Translations under genes and position numbers: made by a program
In this document: positions 46,405 to 62,200 of the stretch, piece after piece
How the letters are laid out: each line of letters starts with the position of its first letter
How positions within the stretch are numbered: position 1 is the stretch's first letter
Assembly: GCA_002269645.1 (NCBI GenBank)
Contig: NIVC01000997.1
Coordinates: 1 to 64,000 of the forward strand
Direction: 5' to 3'
Source: Macrostomum lignano
Taxonomy: Eukaryota
DNA length: 64,000 bases
Notes under the pieces: model-generated
What the model was told of the DNA's origin: nothing
Database searches by the model: none
What the model saw: only the letters and a program-made list of their open reading frames with translations

Positions 46405-46546
46405 TGTGACAGACAGACAGACAGACAGGCAGACAGACAGACAGACAGGCATACAGACAGGCAGACAGACAGGCAGGCAGACAGGCAGACAGACAGGCAT
46501 ACAGACAGGCAGACAGACAGACAGGCAGGCAGACAGGCAGACACTA

Positions 46547-46599
<53 letters not shown>

Positions 46600-46602
46600 G
46601 GC

Positions 46603-46635
<33 letters not shown>

Positions 46636-46650
46636 GGCAGGCAGGCAGGC

Positions 46651-46683
<33 letters not shown>

Positions 46684-46744
46684 GGCAGGCAGACAGACAG
46701 ACAGACAGACAGACATACAGACAGACAAACAGGCAGACAGACAC

Positions 46745-46831
<87 letters not shown>

Positions 46832-46920
46832 GTCAGACACCATGACAGACAGACAGACAGTCAGACAGACAGACAGGCAGACAGTCAGACAGACAGACTG
46901 GCAGGCAGACAGACTGGCAG
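46405..46920. repeat. (GACA/GGCA)n microsatellite
   Basis: Direct reading. Confidence 0.92.
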
Positions 46921-47608
46921 ATCAGCGGGCCATGACTGCTCGAACTCAACCCCGCAATTGGTCGCCACTCATCAGCCAATCAGAGCCGGCCTTTCCAGCC
47001 TGCCAAGCAATCCACAGGCAAAGCAGAAAAGAAATAGACTTGAATTGAAAATAAAATGAATTCATTTTAGCCCACCCCACAGAAACGAACCGGCCAACTC
47101 AACCCGTTGAATCTGCAAAAACAATAACTGCCTCGCCCAAGACATTCCAGCTGCCGTCGTGACTGGCTGGGCCGCCGCCCCCTCCAAGGCAGGTAGCAAA
47201 CTCGCCATTGTCCTGAAAAATTCCTGAGCAACAGGGACAGAGCGATTCTATTCGAGCAAAAGAACTCTCCAGCAGATCTACTCCTCACCCTCCTTCCCCG
47301 GGCCTCTCGAGCGTCGCTGCGCTGCCTACACTTCTCGAATGCCAGACCACCGGGTGTAGGCTATTAAAGCTTCTAAAAGAGACAGAGCGACTCACGCAAC
47401 CCCCTTCATCTGTTTGACTCTCTCTCTCTTCATCTATCTACCTTTTCTCTTTTTAAGGCAAAACTTTTTGACAAAGAAAGGATAGGAAGAATTCTGTTGC
47501 TGTATAATCGTTTGACCACTGCCCGAGAAACAGAATTGAATTGCAAAGACATTCGAGACTAAATATAATTTCAATCTACCGGAGGTGGAGTCCTGTCGTC
47601 GGCGCGAG

Positions 47609-47739
47609 ATGAAAGTCGGCGAAGGCGCTGCAGTCGGCGGCCAGCGTGGATTGCTGTTTCCGGCTCTGCTGGCTTGGAGCGTCTGCTTCTGCTGCTGCGG
47701 CTGGCTGCCCGGCTCCCGTGCTGAGCTGCGGGTTGGAAT
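47609..47739 (+). CDS. MEGF6: EMI + EGF-like repeat secreted protein (MEGF6-like), exon 1: signal peptide
   Basis: MKVGEGAAVGGQRGLLFPALLAWSVCFCCCGWLPGSRA-ELRVGM; donor AT|GTGAGT, phase 2, joins PNVC of exon 2. Confidence 0.75.
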
Positions 47740-47784
47740 GTGAGTGCCTTCACTCCCCTGCTGGTGGGCTGGCTTGCTGCTGTG

Positions 47785-47938
47785 CAGACAGTGCAGACAG
47801 ACAGACAGACAGATAGACAGACAGGCAGACACAGACAGGCAGACACAGACAGAAAGGCAGACACAGACAGACAGGCAGACACAGACAGACAGGCAGACAG
47901 ACAGACACAGACAGGCAGAGACAGACAGACAGACAGGC

Positions 47939-47975
<37 letters not shown>

Positions 47976-48001
47976 TACAGACAGACAACAGACAGACAGA
48001 C

Positions 48002-48076
<75 letters not shown>

Positions 48077-48079
48077 GGC

Positions 48080-48112
<33 letters not shown>

Positions 48113-48235
48113 GGCAGACACAGACAGGCAGGCAGACAGACAGGCAGACAGACAGACAGACAGACAGGCAGACACAGACAGGCAGGCAGACAGACAGGCA
48201 GACAGACAGACAGACAGGCAGACAGGCAGGCAGAA
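47785..48235. repeat. (GACA)n microsatellite
   Basis: Direct reading. Confidence 0.92.
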
Positions 48236-48894
48236 ATAGTAGCTTCCGCCTGAATCCCATCAAAAATCAACTTTGGTACAAAGTGGACAATAAATCGCCG
48301 TAATAGCTGATGAGGCACGCAGCTTCGCGGGTTATTAGTCGCTCCCCAGCGCAGCGACATCTCTTGCCTCCCTATCCCTCTCTCACTCTCGCCCTCTGTA
48401 GACCAAGAATCGAGAAAAATTACCAGACCAAAATTTGAGTCAAGCTGCGTGTACCGCAGAGGACACCGAGATGAGGAGCCAGAGTCGTGCCCAGTGCTAT
48501 GCCAAGTTATATTTGAAAGTTTGCTCCCAGGGGAAATCAACAAGCAATCCAATCCAACAAGCAGGCCTGTTGGGGCGCGTTTAGCCTGTTAGGCTTGGTT
48601 GGCCTTTTAATGACTACGAAGCGATGGAATGCTAGAATATTTTCTCCTTTCATTTCATTGGCGATAAATTTCTGTGTAAGACGAAACTTACAGGCCTGTC
48701 TGTCTGGCGCCGTCTTGTGCTTGTGAGATATTTATTATTTTGCATGTAAAGCAACTATGGGTAATATTCTCCTTATTTCTACACATCTACATGCATATTA
48801 GTGTCTGGAATCTATGAACTTAATACGAAATTTGATGAAATGTTGTTTAGGGAAACACGCCACCTCCAAATCCTTCGATAAGTCCCTCTTTCAG

Positions 48895-49625
48895 TTCCTC
48901 TACCAGTCTCTCTACCAGTCTCTCTACCAGTCTCTCTACCAGTCTCTCTACCAGTCTCTCTACCAGTCTCTCTACCAGTCTCTCTACCAGTCTCTCTACC
49001 AGTATCTCTACTAGTCTCTCTACCAGTATCTCTACTAGTCTCTCTACCAGTCTCTCTACCAGTCTCTCTACCAGTATCTCTACCAGTCTCTCTACCAGTC
49101 TCTCTACCAGTATCTCTACCAGTCTCTCTACCAGTCTCTCTACCAGTATCTCTACCAGTCTCTCTACCAGTCTATCTACCAGTCTCTCTACCAGTCTCTC
49201 TACCAGTCTATCTACCAGTATCTCTACCAGTATCTCTACCAGTCTCTCTACCAGTATCTCTACCAGTCTCTCTACCAGTATCTCTACCAGTCTCTCTACC
49301 AGTATCTCTACCAGTCTCTCTACCAGTATCTCTACCAGTATCTCTACCAGTCTCTCTACCAGTATCTCTACCAGTCTCTCTACCAGTCTATCTACCAGTC
49401 TCTCTACCAGTCTCTCTACCAGTCTCTCTACCAGTCTATCTACCAGTATCTCTACCAGTATCTCTACCAGTCTCTCTACCAGTCTATCTACCAGTCTATC
49501 TACCAGTCTATCTACCAGTCTCTCTACCAGTCTCTCTACCAGTTCCTCTATTAGCCTCTCTAACAGTTCTTGCAGAGCCTCTCTACCAGTCTTTCTACCA
49601 GTCTATCTACCAGTCTCTCTACCAG
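48895..49625. repeat. 12-bp minisatellite (TCTCTACCAGTC)
   Basis: Direct reading. Confidence 0.92.
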
Positions 49626-50107
49626 GCATTAAGTTTCATCCTTTTATCACTTTTAACACTCTTATCAACGCACAATCTCTCCATTTTACTTGACTTTAAC
49701 TCAGAACAAGTGAAGTTTTACACGGGTCTGTCACTCAATTAAAGTGTAATCATTTTCTTATTTTGGTCTTACTGTGTTTCTGTCCGTTTTCTTGTCTCAG
49801 TCAGTCTTGAATTTCGATCTGCACTTCATTATCTCTCTCTCCTTCTCTCCCCTCTAACAGAGCTTGGTTTGAGCAGGGCACTCAAATCTGTCTCACTCGA
49901 TTAACTTCTAATCTATTCGTGTGAGTGGAACTCTGCCTTGGAGAAAAAATATGAACAGCTAGTGAGCAAATAAATAAATCAAAATTTTTTCGATGTCTGA
50001 GTTGGACAACGTGCTTCATGACCTAAAAATGGCCGAAAGTAATTATGCTAATTAGTTTGTCCCTCATTTCGTGCTTAATATGATTATTTATTTAATTTCG
50101 ATTTCAG

Positions 50108-50245
50108 GCCAAACGTTTGTCCCTACAAAGCGGTCGACTCATTTCCAACTCAAGAGAAAGATACGAAACCGTTTGTGAAGATGGTGAAAGTTTGGAAGCC
50201 GAATTGTCACAGTAAGGGCAACTGGTGCATTGGCTATGAAAAAAG
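50108..50245 (+). CDS. MEGF6: MEGF6-like exon 2 (EMI domain)
   Basis: PNVCPYKAVDSFPTQEKDTKPFVKMVKVWKPNCHSKGNWCIGYEKR. Confidence 0.85.
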
Positions 50246-50394
50246 GTTGGTTTAAAGTCCTACTTGTTTTCATGACAATTTTACGCGACAGCCGATTAAT
50301 GAGGTTGGTTGTTTAGAAGATTTATATGCGTGAAGAGAAATGAGATGGTTGTTTAGAAGATTTATATGCGTGAAGAGAAATGAGATGGTTGTTC

Positions 50395-50635
50395 AGGAGA
50401 GCCCTGTGCGCGCGGAGAGAAAATGGGGTGGTTTTGCTGGGGAATCCTGTGCGCGCGGAGAGAAATGGGGTGGTTATGCTGGGGAGCCCTGTGCGTGCGG
50501 AGAGAAATGGGGTGGTTATGCTGGGGAGCCCTGTGCGCGCGGAGAGAAATGGGGTGGTTATGCTGGGGAGCCCTGTGCGCGCGGAGAGAAATGGGGTGGT
50601 TGTGCTGGGAAGCCCTGCGCACGCGGAGAGAAAAT
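50395..50635. repeat. 42-bp minisatellite
   Basis: Units at 50486 and 50528. Confidence 0.85.
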
Positions 50636-50815
50636 AGGTGATTTTTCATCGAAACCGTAGGCGTTTAACGAGAACGAGAAAAATAGGATTGATTTTTAAG
50701 GGAGCCGTGTTCATATGGATAAAAAACATTTTGTTGTGAATAATATTGTCTTCTATTTGGGTATTGTGTTATAACAGAAAATCTCACCGTAATAAAACAT
50801 CCAATCATCTGGCAG

Positions 50816-50925
50816 AGTTCGCTATCTGACAACGGTACGGACAGTCTATCGTAGTCACGAACGTACAGAGTACAAATGCTGTCCGGGTTACGTCATCCTG
50901 CGCAGCGGCGATGGCTGCACAGACG
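50816..50925 (+). CDS. MEGF6: MEGF6-like exon 3 (end of EMI domain)
   Basis: VRYLTTVRTVYRSHERTEYKCCPGYVILRSGDGCTD. Confidence 0.85.
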
Positions 50926-51834
50926 GTAAGCCACTGCTGCTGGGAGTTTGAAATACCAGTACGTATCCTTATGCTGCTGGGGCATCAGTCACTCTACTAC
51001 TCTTTGTTTCTGTCTACTACTCTCAATGTCTGTCACTTTACTACTCAATGTCTGTCATTTGACTATTCTTAGTGTCTCTTACTCTACTACTCTTTGTGTC
51101 TGTCACTCTATAGTGTATTTTGCCCTGCCATTCTTTGAGTCACTCTGACTGTCTATCGATTTTTAATTTGTCTTTCACTTAGTGTATTATAATAATAACA
51201 GACTAAGCGAGTGACCAACTCACTTCTCACTTCTACAAACCGAAGACGGAATTAAGTAGCGCTTCTCGGGGCATTTAACCCTTGATTTTTATAACTGCAA
51301 AACTGAAGCGACCCAGCTAAGACTCAATTATTTCAAGCTTTAATTAAGATGACTCAGCCCCCGCGGTGTTAAATTAACTGAAAAGCACAATTTCGATTTT
51401 TTCACTTCGTCTTAAACACACCGGACTCTGTTCGAGTCGAGCTCACGTAGCTCGTACATCTGGAGTACTTGGCTCTGTGTGTTTGCAACCTGAAATTGGG
51501 TCAAATTTACAAACGATTTACAAACGAGATTTACAAATAGGCGAAGCTTGTTGCCGGGTGGCTAACTCAAACCGATCGGTGCTTACATCCGATACGAATT
51601 AAAACTGAGGCCTACTAGATCTAATTTTAAGGCCTGACTTCGCTTGAGCATGTGCATAATCTCCGTCGCTGTCACTATACTACTCTCGGTGCCTGTCACT
51701 CCACTACTCTCCGTGTCTGTCACTCTACTACTCTTTGTGTCTGTCACTCTACTACTCTCGATGTCTGTCACTCTACTACTCTCGGTGTCTGTCACTCTAC
51801 TACTGCGGCCCTGATAAAAATGGTAGTGGAGGAG

Positions 51835-52695
51835 AAATAAAACGAAAGAGGAGATGAGAGAAAAGAGGCGTGGGGAGAGAGGAGAGAAGAGAGGAGGGGA
51901 GAGAGAAGATAGGAGAGAAGAAAGGCGAGAGCAGAGGAGAGGAGAGAAGAGAGAGAAGAGGGGAGAGAGGAGAGAATAGGGGAGAGAGGAGAGAAGAGGG
52001 GAGAGAGGAGAGAAGAGGGGAGAGAGGAGAGAAGAGAGGAGAGAAGAGGGGAGAGAAGAGGGGAGAGGGGAGAGAGGAGAGAAGAGAGGAAAGAAGAGGG
52101 GAGACATGAGAGAAGAGAGGAGAGAAAAGGGGAGAGAGGAGAGAAGAGGGGAGAGAAGAGAAGAGAGAAGAGAAGAGAGAATAGTGGAGAGTGGAGAGAA
52201 GGGGGAGAAAGGAAAGAAGAGGGGAGAGAGGAGAGAAGAGAGGAGAGAAGAGGGGAGAGAGGAGAGAAGAGAGGAGAGAAGAGGGGAGAGAGGAGAGAAG
52301 AGAGGAGAGAAGAGGGGAGAGAGGAAAGAAGAGAGGAGAGAAGGGGGAGAAAGGAGAGAAGAGGGGAGAGAGGAGAGAAGAGAGGAGAGAAGAGGGGAGA
52401 GAGGAGAGAAGAGGGGAGAGAGAGAAGAGAGGAGAGAGGAGAGAAGAGAGGAGAGAAGAGGGGAGAGAGGAGAGAAGAAAGGAGAGAAAAAGGGAGAGGA
52501 GAGAAGAGAGGAGAGGAGAGAGGAGAGAAGAGTGGAGAGAGGAGAGATGAGAGGAGAGAAAATGGGAGAGAGGAGAGAAGAGAGGAGAGAAGAGGGGAGA
52601 GAGGAGAGAAGAGGGGAGAGAAGAGAGGAGAGAAGAGGAGAGAGAAGAGGGAGAGAGGAGAGAAGAGAGGAGAGAAGAGAGGAGAGAGGAGAGAA
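51835..52695. repeat. GA-rich polypurine tract followed by a MITE-family segment (52700-52775)
   Basis: Direct reading; the flank is homologous to 24525-24600. Confidence 0.85.
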
Positions 52696-53296
52696 CAGAC
52701 AAAACTTGAGCGAGCCAGATTGTTATTGTGAAGTTTAAATGGATCCTAGGGCCGGATAGAGGCTTTGTGGGCCTCTTGAGCTGTTGAGCTGTTTTTATAA
52801 AAATATTGCTTTCGGTGAGATACTTTATTGCTGGCCTAAATTTTCCACGTTCTAAATGTTGAAGTCGAGAAACTGAAAATGCTTGAAAATGCAGATTTGA
52901 GATGACGATAAATAATAATAGAGTCTTGATGACGCAACTGAGAGTTCTTATTAAATTTTCTTATGAAGATTAGCCCAAGAAATTATAATTACTCGCAGCT
53001 ATAAGGGTTTGAGAGGGGGACCTCGGTTTTTTAAGGTCAACCCTGTTTATTATATTTAGACTTCACCTGCATATCGGCCCTCCTCGCCTCTCCGCTCTCG
53101 ACTGAGTTGGTGTGGCCTGTTTATAAATTTGGCCAAGGCACACAATGAGAAGAATTTGCGCATTTTTTGCACCGCACTGCATGCACCATGAGCATTTTCC
53201 GCTGTCTGCTCCACTGAGTCTCTTTCTGTATCTGAGTTGTTTTTATAGTGACCAAGTGGCTTATGCGCCTGTCTTCAAATCTGCTTTAGTTTAATA

Positions 53297-55420
53297 GTGT
53301 CTGTCCTAGTGTCTGTCTTAGTGTCTGTCCTAGTGCCTGTCTTAGTGTCTGTCCTAGTGCCTGTCTTAGTGTCCGTCTTAGTGTCCGTCTTAGTGTCTGT
53401 CTTAGTGTCCGTCTTAGTGTCTAACTTAGTGTCTGTCTTAGTGTCTGTCTTAGTGTCTGACTTAGTGTCTGTCTTAGTGTCTGTCTTAGTGTCTGTCTTA
53501 GTGTCTGTCTTAGTTTCTGTCCCAGTGCCTGTCTTAGTGTCTGTCTTAGTGTCTGTCTTAGTGTCTGACTTAGTGTCTGTCTTAGTGTCCGTCTTAGTGT
53601 CTGTCTTAGTGTCCGTCTTAGTGTCTGTCTTAGTGTCTGTCTTAGTGTCTAACTTAGTGTCTGTCTTAGTGTCTGTCTTAGTGTCTGTCTTAGTGTCTGA
53701 CTTAGTGTCTGACTTAGTGTCTGTCTTAGTGTCTAACTTAGTGTCTGTCTTAGTTTCTGTCCCAGTGCCTGTCTTAGTGTCTGTCTTAGTGTCTGTCTTA
53801 GTGTCTGTCTTAGTGTCTGTCTTAGTGTCTGTCTTAGTGTCTGTCTTAGTGTCTGTCTTAGTTTCTGTCCCAGTGCCTGTCTTAGTGCCTGTCTTAGTTT
53901 CTGACTTAGTGTCTGTCTTAGTGTCTGTCCCAGTGCCTGTCTTAGTGTCTGACTTAGTGTCTGACTTAGTGTCTGTCTTAGTGTCTGTCTTAGTGTCTGT
54001 CTTAGTGTCTGTCTGAGTGTCTGTCTTAGTGTCTGTCTTAGTGTCTGACTTAGTGTCTGACTTAGTGTCTGACTTAGTGTCTGACTTAGTGTCTGACTTA
54101 GTGTCTGTCTTAGTGTCTGACTTAGTGTCTGACTTTGTGTCTGACTTAGTGTCTGACTTAGTGTCTGACTTTGTGTCTGACTTTGTGTCTGACTTAGTGT
54201 CTGACTTAGTGTCTGACTTAGTGTCTGACTTAGTGTCTGACTTAGTGTCTGACTTAGTGTCTGTCTTAATGTCTGACTTAGTGTCTGTCTTAGTGTCTGT
54301 CTTAATGTCTGACTTAGTGTCTGTCTTAGTGTCTGACTTAGTGTCTGACTTAGTGTCTGACTTAGTGTCTGACTTAGTGTCTGACTTAGTGTCTGTCTTA
54401 GTGTCTGACTTAGTGTCTGACTTAGTGTCTGACTTAGTGTCTGACTTAGTGTCTGACTTAGTGTCTGTCTTAGTGTCTGACTTAGTGTCTGTCTTAGTGT
54501 CTGTCTTAGTGTCTGACTTAGTGTCTGTCTTAGTGTCTGACTTAGTGTCTGTCTTAGTGTCTGACTTAGTGTCTGACTTAGTGTCTGACTTAGTGTCTGT
54601 CTTAGTGTCTGACTTAGTGTCTGACTTAGTGTCTGACTTAGTGTCTGACTTAGTGTCTGACTTTGTGTCTGACTTAGTGTCTGACTTAGTGTCTGACTTT
54701 GTGTCTGACTTTGTGTCTGACTTAGTGTCTGACTTAGTGTCTGACTTAGTGTCTGACTTAGTGTCTGACTTAGTGTCTGACTTAGTGTCTGTCTTAATGT
54801 CTGACTTAGTGTCTGTCTTAGTGTCTGACTTAGTGTCTGACTTAGTGTCTGACTTAGTGTCTGACTTAGTGTCTGACTTAGTGTCTGTCTTAATGTCTGA
54901 CTTAGTGTCTGTCTTAGTGTCTGACTTAGTGTCTGACTTAGTGTCTGACTTAGTGTCTGACTTAGTGTCTGTCTTAGTGTCTGACTTAGTGTCTGACTTA
55001 GTGTCTGACTTAGTGTCTGACTTAGTGTCTGACTTAGTGTCTGACTTAGTGTCTGACTTAGTGTCTGACTTAGTGTCTGACTTAGTGTCTGACTTAGTGT
55101 CTGACTTAGTGTCTGTCTTAGTGTCTGACTTAGTGTCTGACTTAGTGTCTGACTTAGTGTCTGACTTAGTGTCTGACTTAGTGTCTGTCTTAGTGTCTGT
55201 ATTAGTGCCTGACTTAGTGTCTGACTTAGTGTCTGACTCAGTGTCTGACTTAGTGTCTGACTTAGTGTCTGACTTTGTGTCTGACTTAGTGTCTGACTTA
55301 GTGTCTGACTTAGTGTCTGACTCAGTGTCTGACTCAGTGTCTGACTCAGTGTCTGACTTAGTGTCTGACTTAGTGTCTGACTTAGTGTCTGACTCAGTGT
55401 CTGACTCAGTGTCTGACTCA
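53297..55420. repeat. 12-bp minisatellite TTAGTGTCTG(T/A)C, ~2.1 kb
   Basis: Variant gradient from GTC units to GAC units. Confidence 0.95.
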
Positions 55421-55462
55421 GTAGAATTTAGTAGTGTCCATCTTTATCATATTATGTCTTCT

Positions 55463-55760
55463 GAGGTTTTTAGCCTAGTGGTCAGAGCGTCGGACTGACG
55501 ACTGAAAGGTCATTGGTTCGATTCTCGATCCACTCAGAACAATTTGTGTCCTTGAGCAAGACACTTAGCTCTGCATTGCTTCAGTTCACCCAGCTGTAAA
55601 ATGGGTGCCAGCATTAGCTGGGGTAATTGAGGGTGTGTGTGGCGACCCCCAGTCCTTGGACTGAACAGCCGTACGCAGCCTTCAGCTTCAGCTGCGGCTG
55701 AGCTGTCGGTTGCTCATCTGCCCATTGGGGCACTTGTATAATCAATTATTATATTAATTA
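55463..55760 (+). mobile_element. tRNA-derived CORE-type SINE
   Basis: A-box TAGCCTAGTGGTCAGAGC, B-box GGTTCGATTC, then TGTGTCCTTGAGCAAGACACTTAGCTCTGCATTGCTTCAGTTCACCCAGCTGTAAAATGGG aligning to the MIR CORE; AT-rich tail. Confidence 0.75.
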
Positions 55761-56706
55761 TCTTTGTATCTTTATGTCTGTCTTATTTAGTTCTCAGCAC
55801 CTCTTTTAGTTTCCTGACAGTTTCAAATTCAAATTCTACATTGCATTCAGATTTACTTCAATTTTTTAGCCTACAAAGAAACGCAAAAATGAACAAGTTC
55901 ACCCGAACTGACTTGGCATCCATCCATCTGCCCGAATCCTACAATTTTATAGCTGGCATACCGCTATCTTCCCAACTCGCTAAGCCTGTAATCTTCCAAT
56001 GGGTTGGCTTAACTAAGTGCTCAGGCAAAAATATCCTAAAATGAACAACGCTGGGGCACCTTTCTCTCTGAGTGATTGATTCGCAAAAAATGGACACAGA
56101 GAAAAGCATGAGCAGAGAAATGAGCAGGGAAGGATGGAAGGAAAATCTCCCTTATCTTACTGAGAAAGGCTTGAGTAAGCGATTTGAGGGAGGAGGAGAA
56201 CAGAAAAAGTCTGCATCCCAAATCTGAGCCTTGGCTGAATCACCCCGATAAGTATTGGGAGGCTGCTTCAGTTAGTTAGCTACGCTTGACAACACTGCCA
56301 AGGACTCCTGCATCGGTGATTCCATCTTATTCTGGCCTGCAGTCCTGCCCTCCCTCCTCCATTCCCGCTCGGCCGTTTGTCTTCGCTGGGCCGCCACTGC
56401 AGCCTCCGTCAGGCTACCCTAATTGATGGTGTCGGTTTTGGGGTACCCCTGCCTGCCTGCAATATCCCCGAACTTCGGGGGATGATGGCGTTCGCCATGC
56501 ACTCCGCGGAATGACTGGCATAGGGTGTTGAGGACTCAGCAATCTGTGAGGATTCAGGCGGCTCGTGAGAATGAATTTTAGAATAGAAAGTCGCTGAGGC
56601 GCGTGTTTGAGTGGCTGCAATCGATGAAGCTCTAGCTGAGTGAGACTGCGTTCGGCAAAATCTAGCTCACTTCATTGATGCTCAGAAAATGAGGCAACAG
56701 ATTAAC

Positions 56707-58647
<1,941 letters not shown>

Positions 58648-58675
58648 CACAGACAGCCCCCCTAACCAATCACAG

Positions 58676-58810
58676 CCTGCCTGCCCGGCACCTGCGCAAA
58701 CGGCGGTCATTGCAATCTGTTCCGCAGCAGCGGTGGCGGCAGTCTGCTGGATCCGGCTGAGCAGCCCTGCATTTGCAAGCCCGGATTTCACGGTCGCTAC
58801 TGCGAGAAAG
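58676..58810 (+). CDS. MEGF6: MEGF6-like exon 4 (EGF)
   Basis: ACLPGTCANGGHC...PCICKPGFHGRYCEK, phase 1-1. Confidence 0.85.
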
Positions 58811-59051
58811 GTAGGTTGATATACTACTGTTTCGTTATAGTAGTATTCGCTCTATAGGTTTTTTATGAAAATTTTTGATTTGACGATATGTATCGAAAAT
58901 ATGCTTAATAAAGTATCCGATTTTTTACATCGTAAAATATTCTGGTGCGTGTAAATGTCACAAACGAACTGAATCGCGAGCTAGCTCGTATTGAAACTAA
59001 TGGCATGTATATAGCTCGTGAAATTGATATATAAAATAATGATTTTTGCAG

Positions 59052-59177
59052 ACATTGACGAGTGCAAGCTGAGAAGCGGCGACTGCGAGGGCGGCGAATG
59101 CTGCAACACTCCCGGCTCCTACTATTGCAAATGCCCCTCGGGATATTTTCTAGCCGAGGATAAAAAGCGATGCCTGG
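59052..59177 (+). CDS. MEGF6: MEGF6-like exon 5 (calcium-binding EGF)
   Basis: [42 protein letters not shown]. Confidence 0.92.
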
Positions 59178-59299
59178 GTGTGAATTTAAATACCATTTGA
59201 TGGAGTTGATAATCGATTCTATTCGATACTAAGTCTAGATAATAACGCTACCCCATTAGCTACCCTACTACCCTACTACCTACGATTTTAGCTGTCCTC

Positions 59300-60975
59300 T
59301 TAGCCACCCTATCAACTACCCAAATAGCCACCCTATTACCTAACCAATTAGCTACCCTATTACCTAACCAATTAGCCACCCTATTACCTAACCAATGAGC
59401 TACCCTATTACCTAACCAATTAGCTACCCTATTACCTAACCAATTAGCCACCCTATTACCTAACCAATTAGCTACCCTATTACCTAACCAATTAGCTACC
59501 CTATTACCTAACCAATTAGCTACCCTATTACCTAACCAATGAGCTACCCTATTACCTAACCAATTAGCTACCCTATTACCTAACCAATTAGCTACCCTAT
59601 TACCTAACCAATAAGCTACCCTATTACCTAACCAATTAGCTACCCTATTACCTAACCAATTAGCTACCCTATTACCTAACCAATTAGCTACCCTATTACC
59701 TAACCAATGAGCTACCCTATTACCTAACCAATTAGCTACCCTATTACCTAACCAATTAGCTACCCTATTACCTAACCAATAAGCTACCCTATTACCTAAC
59801 CAATTAGCTACCCTATTACCTAACCAATTAGCTACCCTATTACCTAACCAATTAGCTACCCTATTACCTAACCAATGAGCTACCCTATTACCTAACCAAT
59901 TAGCTACCCTATTACCTAACCAATTAGCTACCCTATTACCTAACCAATTAGCTACCCTATTACCTAACCAATGAGCTACCCTATTACCTAACCAATTAGC
60001 CACCCTATTACCTAACCAATTAGCTACCCTATTACCTAACCAATTAGCTACCCTATTACCTAACCAATTAGCTACCCTATTACCTAACCAATTAGCTACC
60101 CTATTACCTAACCAATTAGCCACCCTATTACCTAACCAATTAGCCACCCTATTACCTAACCAATTAGCCACCCTATTACCTAACCAATTAGCTACCCTAT
60201 TACCTAACCAATTAGCTACCCTATTACCTAACCAATTAGCTACCCTATTACCTAACCAATGAGCTACCCTATTACCTAACCAATTAGCTACCCTATTACC
60301 TAACCAATTAGCTACCCTATTACCTAACCAATGAGCTACCCTATTACCTAACCAATTAGCTACCCTATTACCTAACCAATGAGCTACCCTATTACCTAAC
60401 CAATTAGCTACCCTATTACCTAACCAATTAGCTACCCTATTACCTAACCAATTAGCTACCCTATTACCTAACCAATTAGCTACCCTATTACCTAACCAAT
60501 TAGCTACCCTATTACCTAACCAATGAGCTACCCTATTACCTAACCAATTAGCCACCCTATTACCTAACCAATTAGCTACCCTATTACCTAACCAATTAGC
60601 TACCCTATTACCTAACCAATTAGCTACCCTATTACCTAACCAATTAGCTACCCTATTACCTAACCAATTAGCCACCCTATTACCTAACCAATTAGCCACC
60701 CTATTACCTAACCAATTAGCTACCCTATTACCTAACCAATTAGCCACCCTATTACCTAACCAATTAGCTACCCTATTACCTAACCAAATAGCTACCCTAT
60801 TACCTAACCAATTAGCTACCCTATTACCTAACCAATTAGCTACCCTATTACCTAACCAATGAGCTACCCTATTACCTAACCAAATAGCTACCCTATTACC
60901 TAACCAATTAGCTACCCTATTACCTAACCAATTAGCTACCATATTACCTAACCAATTAGCTACCCTATCACCTAA
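59300..60975. repeat. 24-bp minisatellite (GCTACCCTATTACCTAACCAATTA)
   Basis: About 70 units; source of the spurious NWLGNRVA ORF. Confidence 0.95.
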
Positions 60976-61175
60976 TCAAGGAGCTACCGCTTTAGCTATC
61001 CCACTAGCTATTCTAAGAGCTACCCCAAAAGCTACCCCAAAAGCTACCCCAAAAGCTACCGCATAGTCTACCAAAAACATCAGAGCAAACAAGACTTCAG
61101 ATAAAAGTTTGTAATCAATATATCAGGGATTATGATCATTACAGGCCTTCAACTAACAATACAATACTCTTTTAG

Positions 61176-61301
61176 ACATAAATGAGTGTGTGAAGAACAG
61201 GGGTGGTTGCCAGTACTGGTGCGAGAACACACCAGGGGGCTACAGATGCCTCTGTCCGCCTGGCTTGCTGCTGCAACCGGATCTCAAATCTTGCAGCAAA
61301 G
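61176..61301 (+). CDS. MEGF6: MEGF6-like exon 6 (calcium-binding EGF), GC donor
   Basis: [42 protein letters not shown]; AAG|GCAAGT. Confidence 0.88.
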
Positions 61302-61534
61302 GCAAGTTCGAAATATTGCGCAGAGTTCGATTCTAAAATCAGAATCGACACGGACTAATCAGTTTTATAATCAAATTTTGTCTAAATAATTCACGCCTAA
61401 TTTCTTGCTAATTAACATTAATCGGAATTGCTTGATGCAGCATAACAAACCATATGATATTATTGTATCGTATGTTAAAATTGCAGTAATTTATTTAGTT
61501 TAAACTTAAACAAATTTAAAATGATTTTTTGCAG

Positions 61535-61558
61535 CCTACAGCTCTAACGGAATCGACA
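61535..61558 (+). CDS. Candidate 24-nt symmetric microexon of the MEGF6-like gene
   Basis: TTTTTTGCAG|...|GTCAGT, phase 1-1, encodes AYSSNGID. Confidence 0.45.
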
Positions 61559-61839
61559 GTCAGTCTATTGATGATGCGGAGTGATTTTGTTTAAATAAGA
61601 CTAAATTAATTTCTATAAACATGTTGTTCATTGTTTGCAGCGTACCAAAATTTTTTTTGTCGTTAATCTGGTTAATCCCTATATTCACAAATTAGCAATT
61701 ATTAATAATTTCCTAGATTGAGTTTAACATGAATAGTTAATCTGCAAAGTTTCCACACTGAACACTTCGTAAACTATTTATAGAATGTTGCTTTTTTAGT
61801 TGTTGTATTTCGTTGTTGTGCCATCACGAGAGCTTAGGC

Positions 61840-62055
61840 AGTCTGAAGGGTCATTAGGTGCAGTACTGGTTGCAGGTCAGTCTGAAGGGTCATTGGATGC
61901 AGTGGTGGCAGGACAGTCTGAAGGGTCATTGGGTGCAGTGGTGGCAGGACAGTCTGAAGGGTCATTGGATGCAGTGGTGGCAGGACAGTCTGAAGGGTCA
62001 TTGGATGCAGTGGTGGCAGGACAGTCTGAAGGGTCATTGGGTGCAGTGGTCAGTC
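61840..62055. repeat. 36-bp minisatellite
   Basis: CAGTCTGAAGGGTCATTGGATGCAGTGGTGGCAGGA. Confidence 0.88.
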
Positions 62056-62200
62056 TGAAGTATCTGAATGTACATACACACAACACATAGTCCTATTAAT
62101 ATAATTTAACTTGCGCATGTTCTTTTAAGTTCCAGCTAAGTTTACCCTGTATAATGAAAGAAGATTAAATTTTGAACACACATGCTTCCAAATCCCACAG

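Noticed and set aside
55463-55535. tRNA gene
   Set aside because: The acceptor stem does not pair and the sequence continues into a CORE domain, so it is a SINE head
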